Shown here piece after piece: positions 7,785 through 15,236 of a stretch of 44,016 nucleotides of DNA. The number at the start of each line of letters is the position of its first letter. Positions within the stretch are counted from its first letter, which is position 1. Origin of the DNA: a virus. The notes beneath the pieces were generated by a model, which saw only the letters and a list, made by a program, of their open reading frames with translations, was not told the DNA's origin and made no database searches. The position numbers and the translations under genes are program-made. The DNA lies in the IMG/VR virus record IMGVR_UViG_3300038393_001495, positions 1 through 44,016 of that record. One strand, written 5' to 3'.

Positions 7785-8440
7785 TCGGCGGCGCCGAGGA
7801 TGGAGACGACCGGCTTCGTGAAGACGTTGCCGTTCTTCATCTCGACGCGCTCCAGCGCGAGGGTCGCCTTCGCGGGGCCCTCGACCTTGCCGAGGTCGCC
7901 GATGGCCTTGCCGACGACGGTCGCGAGGCTCCACGCGCCGGACTCGAACTTCCAGAGGCCGAGGTCGGGGTCGCTCGCGAGGCGGAAGGTGATGGAGACG
8001 CGGGGCTCGCAGACGTGGCCCTGCTCCTCGTGCTCGGCGCGGTTGCGGAAGCCGCCCATCTCGCAGACGTACGGCTTGCCGTCGGTCTCGAAGACCGAGT
8101 TGTCGCAGACGACGATCTTCTTCTGACCGCGGGGCCAGATGAGCATGCGTGCGTCGATGGCGGCGGCGCCGTCGAGGATGACCTCGACCTCGCCGGAGGT
8201 CGTGAAGACCTCGATGTTCTGCTCGGTCTTGGTCTCCCACGACTGCGGACCCGCGGAGGCGCCGAGGGCCTTCGCGATGGAGTCGGCGGCGTCCGGGTCG
8301 CCGGTCGTGACGCGCCACTCGGTCAGGCTCGCGGGCGTGCCGTTCACCTGATAGCCCGAGCGGAAGTTGCCCACGATGTCGTCGGCGCCGAAGCGCTTGC
8401 CCGAGTCGGTCTGGAGGGAGGGGTCGAAGAGGTCGATCAT
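7781..8440 (-). CDS. hypothetical replication-module protein (219 aa)
   Basis: ATG 8440 (MIDLFDPS) lies behind box PM4. Track ORF 7781..8935 extends upstream through a non-coding region. No motif recognised. Confidence 0.65.
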   Translation of the reverse strand: MIDLFDPSLQTDSGKRFGADDIVGNFRSGYQVNGTPASLTEWRVTTGDPDAADSIAKALGASAGPQSWETKTEQNIEVFTTSGEVEVILDGAAAIDARMLIWPRGQKKIVVCDNSVFETDGKPYVCEMGGFRNRAEHEEQGHVCEPRVSITFRLASDPDLGLWKFESGAWSLATVVGKAIGDLGKVEGPAKATLALERVEMKNGNVFTKPVVSILGAAE

Positions 8441-8489
8441 GCGGAGTGTTCTCACTTTCAAGAGGCGGTAATGCCCGCGGTGGGGCAAG

Positions 8490-8523
8490 AGAGGAATCCG
8501 CCAGTCGTGCTCGCGCTGCTCGG
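8490..8523 (-). promoter_or_regulatory. phage-specific promoter-like box PM4
   Basis: Minus strand: CCGAGCAGC-GCGAGCACGA-CTGGCGGATTCCTCT, 49 nt upstream of ATG 8440 and after hairpin 8540-8570. Confidence 0.55.
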
Positions 8524-8539
8524 GGCCAGGAACGCCGAA

Positions 8540-8570
8540 GGGCCCCCACCTCGCGAGGAGGTGAGGGCCC
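8540..8570 (-). terminator. GC-rich hairpin terminator
   Basis: Arms gggcccccacctc / gaggtgagggccc (one mismatch), right after stop 8578. Confidence 0.5.
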
Positions 8571-8577
8571 TTGTGGG

Positions 8578-8976
8578 TCAGGCGGAAGCGAACGTGCCGG
8601 GTGGCCTCGTGAGGGCCGGACCCGGGAACGAGACGCGGTTCTCCAGCCCCTCGCGCCGGAACGCGAGCCCGCCGAGAATGTCGCCGATCTTCGAGGAGCG
8701 ACGGGCGCCCATGTGGGGCAGGAGCGCCCGCATGATGTCCGCCGCGCGGTCGCCGGAGACCTCCGCGTGGAAGGTCGTCTTGTGGACCTTCGAGATGGTC
8801 ATGCGGATGCGCGAGCCCATGAGGGTTGCCGCGCGACCCACCACGTCCCGGTCGGTCATGCCGACGCGGATGCGCGGGTACTTCCCGCGGTGGAGGTCGA
8901 ACGTGCCCTCGCCTTCGAGGAGGCCCGCGAGCCACACGAGGTCGGACTCGCCGATGACGAACGGACCGTGCTTCAT
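8578..8976 (-). CDS. free-standing single-motif LAGLIDADG homing endonuclease (132 aa)
   Basis: DLVWLAGLLEGEGTFDL matches the LAGLIDADG motif context. ATG 8976 forms an ATGA overlap with the upstream gene. Confidence 0.7.
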   Translation of the reverse strand: MKHGPFVIGESDLVWLAGLLEGEGTFDLHRGKYPRIRVGMTDRDVVGRAATLMGSRIRMTISKVHKTTFHAEVSGDRAADIMRALLPHMGARRSSKIGDILGGLAFRREGLENRVSFPGPALTRPPGTFASA

Positions 8977-9170
8977 CGGGCCACTCCGTCCATCGAGCGG
9001 TTCCAGCGGACCGTCCGGTAGCCGTCCGGATGCGCCGGGTCGTCCTCGAAGCGAGCGAACGAGGCGACGTTCGTCATCGTGTCGAGGAAGGCGTCGTCCC
9101 ACGGCTCGGCGTTCGGGAGGTCGCGGAGGCGGGCCTCCTCCTCCGGCGTGAGGTTGCGGTAGCGCGTCAT
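8973..9170 (-). CDS. hypothetical protein (65 aa)
   Basis: ATGA overlaps at both ends (9167-9170, 8973-8976). It is the tail of track ORF 8973..10184. Confidence 0.5.
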   Translation of the reverse strand: MTRYRNLTPEEEARLRDLPNAEPWDDAFLDTMTNVASFARFEDDPAHPDGYRTVRWNRSMDGVAR

Positions 9171-10087
9171 GACGCCTTCGCCTTCGCGCGCGCCTTCGGC
9201 TGGTTGATGGGCCCTCTCTGCTGCCCGGGCTTGAACTCGCCGCCCGCCGCGACGGGCTTCCCGATGACGCGCTTCTTCACCTCGGAGTCCCAATCGAGGA
9301 CTTCGCGGAGGGCGAGGAAGTAGTCGAAGACATCGACCTCGTGGCCCGGGACCACCACGTCGCCGGTCGGCTCGTGGACGACGGGCTCGGCGAGGGTGAC
9401 CGTGCCGACCTCGACCGGGACGAGTTTCCAGCCCTCGGGGCGGACGAGGAGGACGGCGCCGCCCTCGGCCTTCGGGAGCGGGACGCGGGAGCCGTCCGGG
9501 CGGACGATGTGCGTCGCACGCGAGTACGCACAGAGTTGGAGCGCGACCTCCTCGTGGACGCCGGACCGGGTGGTCTTCCAGTCCATGAAGAGGAGTTTCC
9601 CCTTCAGGTCGCCCACGTCGCCGGTCAGGCGGGCCAGGGCGTCGAACGAGCCCGCGTAGCCGAACTCGTCGGACCAAACGGTCTCTTCGAGGAAGACGAA
9701 CTCGGGCTTCGCGATGTCGAGGAACTCGCGGAAGTGCTCGATGTACGGCTTCAGGTTCGGCGTGATGCGCGGGTTCTCGCCCTTCGCGATCTGCTCGAAG
9801 GCGTCGTGCGCCTCGGAGCCGACATCGGCGGAGTTCGACGTGAAGCGGCGCGGGGCGCCCTTCAGGAGTTCGACGGCTGCCTTCGGGTCGCGCATCGCGA
9901 TACCGACGACATCGCCCATGTTCTCGACGGCGTACTCGGCGACCATCTTCGCCGCCCAGAACGTGAGGAACGGCTTCGGGAGCATGTTCAGGACGGAGGT
10001 CACGCCGGGGTTCTTCCGGCCCGTGTCGGGGTTCACGTAGAACCGTGAGCCACCTCGGGAGATGGTGGAGACCTTCGGAGTGGTCAT
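9167..10087 (-). CDS. PD-(D/E)XK exonuclease (Cas4/RecB-like, 306 aa)
   Basis: GYAGSFDAL ... LFMDWKTT ... QLCAY fits the D / (D/E)xK / QxxxY nuclease motif set. Confidence 0.65.
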   Translation of the reverse strand: MTTPKVSTISRGGSRFYVNPDTGRKNPGVTSVLNMLPKPFLTFWAAKMVAEYAVENMGDVVGIAMRDPKAAVELLKGAPRRFTSNSADVGSEAHDAFEQIAKGENPRITPNLKPYIEHFREFLDIAKPEFVFLEETVWSDEFGYAGSFDALARLTGDVGDLKGKLLFMDWKTTRSGVHEEVALQLCAYSRATHIVRPDGSRVPLPKAEGGAVLLVRPEGWKLVPVEVGTVTLAEPVVHEPTGDVVVPGHEVDVFDYFLALREVLDWDSEVKKRVIGKPVAAGGEFKPGQQRGPINQPKARAKAKAS

Positions 10088-10117
10088 TTGGGGGTTCCTT
10101 TCCTGTCAGGGGACAGG

Positions 10118-10151
10118 AGAGGAATCCGCCAGTAGAGCCAGGGCGGCTCAG
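10118..10151 (-). promoter_or_regulatory. phage-specific promoter-like box PM5 (5' box overlaps stop codon 10148-10150)
   Basis: Minus strand: CTGAGCCGC-CCTGGCTCTA-CTGGCGGATTCCTCT, 30 nt upstream of ATG 10087. Confidence 0.55.
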
Positions 10152-10723
10152 TCCTCGACGTTCTCCGCGGTCTCGCGGAGCCACTGTTGAAGCGTGCGCG
10201 TGGAGGCGGCGACGCGGGCGCGGTCCGCCGAGGTGAGGGTGTCGAGGGAGCGCTTGTCGAGGTGCGAGAGGCGCTGCGCGAGCGTGTAGAGCGAGGCCAC
10301 GGTGTCCGAGGCGAGGCGCTCGGCCTCGCGCTTCGTCTTCGGGTTCTGCCGTACGAAGTGACGTTGCTTCGGCGTCTCGGCCATGAGACCGGCGTCCGTG
10401 AGTTCCTCGGCGTTTACACGCTCACGTAATGCATTCCCGACGTGATAGCGAATAGACGCCTTTATCGAGGATTGACCATCGGCAGGAAGGCCGGCCTTTG
10501 AGTAAATGTCCGCGACTATTTGACGATAAGCGAATGAATTGCCTGCCCAATCGGGCATTCCTTCGGGCGTCGTATAGCGCGCGCGGAGTTCTACGAGAAT
10601 GTCCGCGACTCGCCGGAACTCGGGCGAGCGATAGCGCGGCTCCAATCGGAGCGCGGCGCGGAGGTACTTAGCCGCGAGGTTGCGGAGTTCGTCCTCGCCG
10701 AGGAGTTCGAGGTCAGTAGCCAT
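10148..10723 (-). CDS. hypothetical protein in a lower-GC island (191 aa)
   Basis: ATG 10723 (MATDLELL). Region about 10420-10740 is visibly AT-richer. In-frame TTA codon at 10427-10429. No motif recognised. Confidence 0.6.
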   Translation of the reverse strand: MATDLELLGEDELRNLAAKYLRAALRLEPRYRSPEFRRVADILVELRARYTTPEGMPDWAGNSFAYRQIVADIYSKAGLPADGQSSIKASIRYHVGNALRERVNAEELTDAGLMAETPKQRHFVRQNPKTKREAERLASDTVASLYTLAQRLSHLDKRSLDTLTSADRARVAASTRTLQQWLRETAENVED

Positions 10724-10730
10724 AAGCGGG

Positions 10731-10760
10731 AGCATAGCGAAGTGTGAGCCCGCGTGCCTA
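10731..10760 (-). promoter_or_regulatory. weak candidate host-type promoter (TAGGCA-N18-TATGCT) giving a leaderless mRNA
   Basis: The -10-like TATGCT ends 7 nt before ATG 10723. Sits between terminator 10777-10808 and the gene. Confidence 0.3.
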
Positions 10761-10776
10761 CGCTCCGGTAACGCCG

Positions 10777-10808
10777 AAGGCCCCCGCCTCATAAGAGACG
10801 GGGGCCTT
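10777..10808 (-). terminator. GC-rich hairpin terminator after the RNR gene
   Basis: Perfect 10-bp stem aaggcccccg / cgggggcctt. The plus-strand side carries a TTTT run. Confidence 0.6.
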
Positions 10809-10841
10809 TTCGGTGGAACGGCGTACTAGCGAGTAGGGCGA

Positions 10842-12974
10842 CTAGCGGACGGGACACGCGCCAGAGGCGCAATCCTCGTCCACGCCGTCCGCCACGAGGC
10901 GCGCGGCTGCGGCCTCGTAATCCGCCGCCGTGATGCGCTCGTAGGGCGCCTGCGGGCGCGAGCCGTCGAGCATGACGGTCGTACCCTTCAGCCCCGGGAG
11001 CGCCGCCGTGAGCGTCTCCACGAGCGACGCGACCGCCTCGGCGGACGGCGGCGGAGGCGTCAGCGCGCCGGAGGCCAGGGCCTCGTCCTGATGCGGCTCG
11101 GCGGGGATGTTGACCGTGAAGGACACGGCGTTGTCCGCCCACGCGCGCTGATAGAGGGCCTGCATCCGGAGGAGGTCCGCGGGCGAGATGTCGCTCTGGC
11201 CCTCCACGAGCGAGCCCGGGAGCCCGAGGGCCTCGACCTGCTCCACGAGGATGTCCTTCGTCGGGTAGGTGACGACGACCGTGTTCCCGCTCGGGTCGTA
11301 CTGATCGGGCTCGACGTGGAAGCCGTCGAACTCGGCCCGCTCCACGATGTCGCGCTCCCGCTCCGAGGTCATCGAGAACCGCACGCGCCGGAGGAAGTGC
11401 GTCGAGTAGATCGGGTGGATGCCCTCGGCGACTCCAGGCATCTTCGCGATGGTGCCCGTCGGGGCGACCGTCGTCACCTTCACGGGCTCCGGCATGCGGA
11501 GGCGGAAGGCGTAGCGGCGGGCCTCCTCGCGGACCACGAGGTAGAGGTCTTCGAGGAGGGCCTCGAAGCCCGGGACGTACGGCGCCGCCGAGTAGCGGAT
11601 GCCCTGCTTCACGAGGAAGCCGTGGACGCCGAGATGCCCGACGCCGATGCGACGGTTCGAGGCGAGGCGCGCGGCCTGCTTCGGGTCGTTTACATCGCCG
11701 TACGTCGCCCGCATGAGGAACCGCGTCATGAGGACGTGCGCCTCCCGGAGGTCCGCCGTGACGGCGAGCCCGCCCGAGGCGAAGGCGTCGAGGTTGACGT
11801 GGCCGAGGTTGCAGTTCTCCCACGCTTCGAGAGCAATCTCGCCACACGGGTTCGTCGCGATGACCTCGCCGACCTCGCCCTCGTTCGAGAGGGAGGAGTT
11901 CCAGAGACCGGGCTCGCCGTTCGTGAGCATCCGCTCGGCGACCTTCTGGAGGATGAGCCACGCCGCCGAGCCCCCGCGGGCCATGTCCGCCGTGAAGTCG
12001 TCGTCCACCTCGACGGAGATGTTCGTCGTCCAGTGCTGCGACGGGTCTTCCTTGCAGGCCAGGAAGTCGAGGACGAACGGGTCGCGCCAGTGAACGATGG
12101 ACATGCGGGCCGAGCGCCGGACGCCGCCCGCCACGACCGCCTCGCCGATGGCGTGGTCAATCGCCATCGCGTCGAGGGGCGTCATCTGCCGAGCCCCGGC
12201 GTAGGTGACATCGAGGCGGAAGCCGTTCTCGCGGTTGCCGTTCATGACCTCGGCGACCTTGTGCAGGAGGCGAGCGAACGGGAGCGGGCCCGACGCCGTG
12301 CCGCCGAACGTGCGGAGCGGGGCGCCCTTGCGCCGGACGCGCGTCATGTCGAAGACGCGGTTCTCGTGCTCGACCGGGGCGTCCGTCATGAAGGTGTCCA
12401 CGAGGTCCACGAGCGCCGCGGCGATGCCCTCGCGCGAGTCCTCGACCGGGAAGGCGCCCGTCCACTCGTGCGAGTAGTCCGTCGAGATGAGGCCCTCGGC
12501 GACCATCGCCTCGTAGTCCGGGTGCGACGGGTCGCACACGACATGCACCTTCAGCGAGCGGCGCGGGGCGCCGTACTTCGCGAGGTGCCGCGAGGAGTAG
12601 TTCGCCCCGACGCCGCCGCCCTCGGCGAGGCGCTGGAAGGTGAACTCGAAGTGCTCCGAGAGCGACTCGCCCCATCCGGCGACGTGGCAGTTGAAGAGGT
12701 ATTGACGCCCCTTCACGCCGGACGCCCAGAGGTGGCGCCCGCCCGGGAGGAGGCGGAAGTCGAGCATGTAGTCGAAGAGGCGCGCGTACTCCTCGTGGAC
12801 CTCGCGGGACCACGAGGAGCGCGGCCCGTGGACGAGGGAGAGGTTGCCCTCGGCGACGCGGGCGACGGTCTCGGGCCACGTCTCCAGCGAGCCGTCCGGC
12901 TTCGGGCGCGAGTAGGTGCGGGTGTAAACGGTCTCGCCGGTCGGGCCGAACGGGACGGAGGGAGCGGAGGTCAT
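10842..12974 (-). CDS. nrdJ: class II (adenosylcobalamin-dependent) ribonucleotide reductase (710 aa)
   Basis: Active-site-like NPCGEIALEAWENCNLGHVNL and a C-terminal Cys pair CASGACPVR. ATG 12974 chosen over TTG 12995. Confidence 0.85.
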   Translation of the reverse strand: MTSAPSVPFGPTGETVYTRTYSRPKPDGSLETWPETVARVAEGNLSLVHGPRSSWSREVHEEYARLFDYMLDFRLLPGGRHLWASGVKGRQYLFNCHVAGWGESLSEHFEFTFQRLAEGGGVGANYSSRHLAKYGAPRRSLKVHVVCDPSHPDYEAMVAEGLISTDYSHEWTGAFPVEDSREGIAAALVDLVDTFMTDAPVEHENRVFDMTRVRRKGAPLRTFGGTASGPLPFARLLHKVAEVMNGNRENGFRLDVTYAGARQMTPLDAMAIDHAIGEAVVAGGVRRSARMSIVHWRDPFVLDFLACKEDPSQHWTTNISVEVDDDFTADMARGGSAAWLILQKVAERMLTNGEPGLWNSSLSNEGEVGEVIATNPCGEIALEAWENCNLGHVNLDAFASGGLAVTADLREAHVLMTRFLMRATYGDVNDPKQAARLASNRRIGVGHLGVHGFLVKQGIRYSAAPYVPGFEALLEDLYLVVREEARRYAFRLRMPEPVKVTTVAPTGTIAKMPGVAEGIHPIYSTHFLRRVRFSMTSERERDIVERAEFDGFHVEPDQYDPSGNTVVVTYPTKDILVEQVEALGLPGSLVEGQSDISPADLLRMQALYQRAWADNAVSFTVNIPAEPHQDEALASGALTPPPPSAEAVASLVETLTAALPGLKGTTVMLDGSRPQAPYERITAADYEAAAARLVADGVDEDCASGACPVR

Positions 12975-12995
12975 GCGAAACGCCTTTCGTGGCAA

Positions 12996-13029
12996 GGGCC
13001 CCCGCCCTCGGCGAGGAGGACGGGGGCCC
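12996..13029 (-). terminator. GC-rich hairpin
   Basis: Stem gggcccccg / cgggggccc with inner cctc/gagg pairing. Confidence 0.5.
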
Positions 13030-13040
13030 GGGAGGGAAGG

Positions 13041-13157
13041 TCAGAGGAAGAGGAGACGGGCGACGACCGCGGCGAGCACGGCGCCGATGAGGAAGCCGAC
13101 GGCGAACGCCGCGCGGAAGCGGTCCTCGGGACCGGGCGGGAGCGCGGCGGCGCTCAT
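13041..13157 (-). CDS. small membrane peptide (38 aa)
   Basis: Hand translation MSAAALPPGPEDRFRAAFAVGFLIGAVLAAVVARLLFL. ATGA overlap with the upstream small ORF. Below the track cutoff. Confidence 0.4.
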   Translation of the reverse strand: MSAAALPPGPEDRFRAAFAVGFLIGAVLAAVVARLLFL

Positions 13158-13249
13158 CGGTAGCGCCTCGGCGTCAGGAGGACGGCGAGCGTGCCGAAGA
13201 TGGCGCCCCACACGATGAACGAGAGGACGAACGAGGCGAGGGCGCTCAC
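13154..13249 (-). CDS. small membrane peptide (31 aa, GTG start)
   Basis: Hand translation VSALASFVLSFIVWGAIFGTLAVLLTPRRYR. GTGA overlap with stop 13246. Confidence 0.35.
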   Translation of the reverse strand: MSALASFVLSFIVWGAIFGTLAVLLTPRRYR

Positions 13250-13518
13250 TCGACCGCCTCCCACGTCGTCCTGCCGCGCTCGACGGTCACCTTCGCGTCG
13301 GCGAGACCGCGGGACTCCCGGGCGCCCTGCCCGCGGGCGGCGCCCTTCGTGGAGTAGGGCCCGTAGATGTCTCGGACCGGCGTCGTGATGACCTTCGGCG
13401 AGTCGAGGCGGAGGGGCTTGCCCGTCTCGCGGTCGTACTCGTAGTAGCGGACGTGCTTGCGGTTGCCCTCCACGACGACGCGGAAGGTCTCGTCCATGTC
13501 AGCCCACACGCGCGCCAC
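13246..13518 (-). CDS. hypothetical protein (90 aa, GTG start)
   Basis: GGAGG lies 6 nt upstream of GTG 13518, right after the kinase stop. Confidence 0.6.
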   Translation of the reverse strand: MARVWADMDETFRVVVEGNRKHVRYYEYDRETGKPLRLDSPKVITTPVRDIYGPYSTKGAARGQGARESRGLADAKVTVERGRTTWEAVE

Positions 13519-13519
13519 G

Positions 13520-14104
13520 TCAGACCTCCGCCCCGACCGCGAACGCCCCCGGGAGGAGGAGGCGCCGGGTCACGAAGAGGCCCGCGTCCAGGCGGAGGTC
13601 TTCGAGCGTGCCCGTGTTGAGGACCACCACGTCGGCGTCCGCCGAGGAGGTCGAGGTCTCCGAGACGTGCGTGTCGCCGTCGTCCGGGAGCCCGGGGCGC
13701 TCGATGTAGACGAGCGTCCCGCCCGCGCGCCGGATGGCCGCGACCTCGTTCGGGAAGCGAACGTCCGTCACGACGACGTGCGCCGACGGGGCCGAGAGGA
13801 TGTTCCGCTCGGCGACCCGAATCCATGCCTGCGGGTCCACGACCTCGCGGATGATGACGCCGTAGTCCTGAAGGGCCTTGCGGACGGCGGGGTACTCCTT
13901 CGCGACCTCCCAGCCGTGCGAGGCGACGATGCTCGACAGGCGCTCGGCGCCGGTCATCGTCGGCATGAGCGGGTCGAAGCGGAGGAGCGCTTCCTTCAGC
14001 GGGTCCGCGAAGGCGATGCGGTGGAAGCCGTGGTCCTCGATGAGGGCCGAGGCGAACGAGTCCTTGCCGGAGCGCTTGCGCCCCATGAGTCCGACGAGCG
14101 CCAT
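13520..14104 (-). CDS. deoxynucleoside monophosphate kinase (194 aa)
   Basis: P-loop GLMGRKRSGKDS at the N-terminus. Overall pattern is typical of phage dNMP kinases. Confidence 0.7.
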   Translation of the reverse strand: MALVGLMGRKRSGKDSFASALIEDHGFHRIAFADPLKEALLRFDPLMPTMTGAERLSSIVASHGWEVAKEYPAVRKALQDYGVIIREVVDPQAWIRVAERNILSAPSAHVVVTDVRFPNEVAAIRRAGGTLVYIERPGLPDDGDTHVSETSTSSADADVVVLNTGTLEDLRLDAGLFVTRRLLLPGAFAVGAEV

Positions 14105-14105
14105 G

Positions 14106-14318
14106 TCAGGCCCCCATCCCGAGGAGGATGGCGCCGGGGGCGTTCGAGGTGCGGACGAGGGCGAAGTGGACCTTGCCCTCCGGGTTGATGATGCCGACGC
14201 CCTCGCGGTCGGGCTTCGGGAGGTCGAGGGTGAGGTCGAACTTCGCCTCGACGGCGGCGATGGCCTCGGCGAACGCGGCGACCTTGCGCGTCTCGTCGGG
14301 GGCGGTGAACTTGGGCAC
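14106..14318 (-). CDS. hypothetical protein (70 aa, GTG start)
   Basis: GTG 14318 follows a GAGAGAGGAAC RBS and box PM6. The track start at 14387 lies inside the promoter box. Confidence 0.55.
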   Translation of the reverse strand: MPKFTAPDETRKVAAFAEAIAAVEAKFDLTLDLPKPDREGVGIINPEGKVHFALVRTSNAPGAILLGMGA

Positions 14319-14355
14319 GGGAGGAGTTCCTCTCTCTGTCGTGTTGGGGACAGGA

Positions 14356-14388
14356 GAGGAATCCGCCAGAGTCGCGAGGCTGCTCACG
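14356..14388 (-). promoter_or_regulatory. phage-specific promoter-like box PM6
   Basis: Minus strand: GTGAGCAGC-CTCGCGACT-CTGGCGGATTCCTCT (9-nt spacer), 37 nt upstream of GTG 14318. Confidence 0.6.
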
Positions 14389-14400
14389 GGAAAGCGAAAG

Positions 14401-14426
14401 GGCCCCTCCCGGATGGGAGAGGCCCT
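14401..14426 (-). terminator. GC-rich hairpin terminator
   Basis: Arms gggcccctccc / gggagaggccc, one mismatch. Confidence 0.5.
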
Positions 14427-14441
14427 AGGGCGGCGGAGCGG

Positions 14442-14783
14442 TCAGCCCCAGAGCGCGCGCTCCTGCTCGGCGGACATGAAGTGGTCCGGGCCCATGCAGA
14501 GGCGCCCGCCCATGCCGTGCTCGCACGTCGGGTAGAGCGTCGCGAAGGTCGCCGGGAAGGCGTCGAGGACGCCGGGGGCGCACTGGCCCGTGCCGTCGCA
14601 ACGCCCGTCGCGCGAGCATCCGTCGCAGAGGACGAAGGCGAAGGCGTGAGTGGAGGAGCGCTCCTCGATGAAGGCGACGGCGAGAGCGTCGGCGCGCGGG
14701 CCCGTGAAGGTCGCCGTGTAGGAGCGGCGAGCGGCGCAAACGTGAACGTCGAGGACAAGGGCCGGGGCGGTGGAGTTCGTCAT
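14442..14783 (-). CDS. cysteine-rich hypothetical protein (113 aa), apparently leaderless
   Basis: ATG 14783 (MTNSTAP). Contains CDGCSRDGRCDGTGQC plus further Cys residues. The -10 hexamer ends 6 nt before the ATG. Confidence 0.65.
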   Translation of the reverse strand: MTNSTAPALVLDVHVCAARRSYTATFTGPRADALAVAFIEERSSTHAFAFVLCDGCSRDGRCDGTGQCAPGVLDAFPATFATLYPTCEHGMGGRLCMGPDHFMSAEQERALWG

Positions 14784-14789
14784 GGCAGG

Positions 14790-14819
14790 AGTGTAAACGC
14801 GCCGTGGCACGCTTCGCAA
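14790..14819 (-). promoter_or_regulatory. host-type early promoter PE-14.8 (TTGCGA-N18-TACACT)
   Basis: Minus strand: TTGCGA AGCGTGCCACGGCGCGTT TACACT. Member of a five-copy family. Confidence 0.65.
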
Positions 14820-14883
14820 GTGAAGACGCGAAGAGGCCCCCAAGCGTCGCCGGATGGCGGGCTCGGGGGCCGGATGCGGGGCG

Positions 14884-14991
14884 GGTGTGTAGGAAGTGCA
14901 GGTTCTTCCTACATCTCCTATTCCTGTCTAGAGAGAGAGCGCCTAGAGAGGAAATAGAGAATGTAGGTAGTTCCTGCACTTCCTACACGGG
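14884..14991. repeat. 108-bp AT-rich palindromic element, copy A
   Basis: 97/108 identical to 37894..38001 by hand alignment. Perfect 16-bp outer inverted repeat gtgtaggaagtgcagg / cctgcacttcctacac. Starts 1 nt after stop 14992. Confidence 0.9.
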
Positions 14992-15219
14992 TCACTCCTC
15001 GGCGCCGGTCTCCTCGCTCGGCGTCACGTGCGCCGCGGCGAGGACGAGGGCCAGGAAGTCGAGGACGTGCCCGATGTGGGCGACGATGGCGGCGACCTGC
15101 GACTCCGAGGCGAAGCCGAAGCCCGTCGCGACGGCGCCGACCGTGCCGAGGAAGAGGTAGAGCGCGCGGCGCATCTCCGGGGAGAGGAACGCCGAGACGC
15201 GGCGGAGGAAGGCGAGCAT
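14992..15219 (-). CDS. holin-like membrane protein (75 aa)
   Basis: Two hydrophobic segments (LYLFLGTVGAVATGFGF, VLDFLALVLAAA) and an acidic tail. Last gene of the lysis cassette. Confidence 0.55.
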   Translation of the reverse strand: MLAFLRRVSAFLSPEMRRALYLFLGTVGAVATGFGFASESQVAAIVAHIGHVLDFLALVLAAAHVTPSEETGAEE

Positions 15220-15236
15220 GGAGGGAGTCCTTTCGG

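Noticed and set aside
7781-8440. Assigning the 219-aa replication-module protein as an ssDNA-binding/annealing protein, or as the integrase RDF, by position.
   Set aside because: No sequence motif supports either role. A positional analogy alone is insufficient.
14442-14783. Calling the Cys-rich protein a WhiB-family regulator.
   Set aside because: The C-x2-C-x5-C spacing matches, but the conserved G(V/I)WGG turn and basic tail are absent. Left as a Cys-rich hypothetical.
14425-14979. Mini-ORF MQELPTFSI... starting inside both 108-bp elements (also 37498..37989).
   Set aside because: It has no stop of its own and runs into alternative frames of the downstream genes. There is no RBS, and substitutions between the copies do not favour synonymous positions.
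14884-14991. FRT-like resemblance inside the 108-bp elements (gaagttcctacat versus the GAAGTTCCTATAC arm of FRT).
   Set aside because: Only a partial match to one arm. No Flp-type tyrosine recombinase in the genome. Most likely coincidence.
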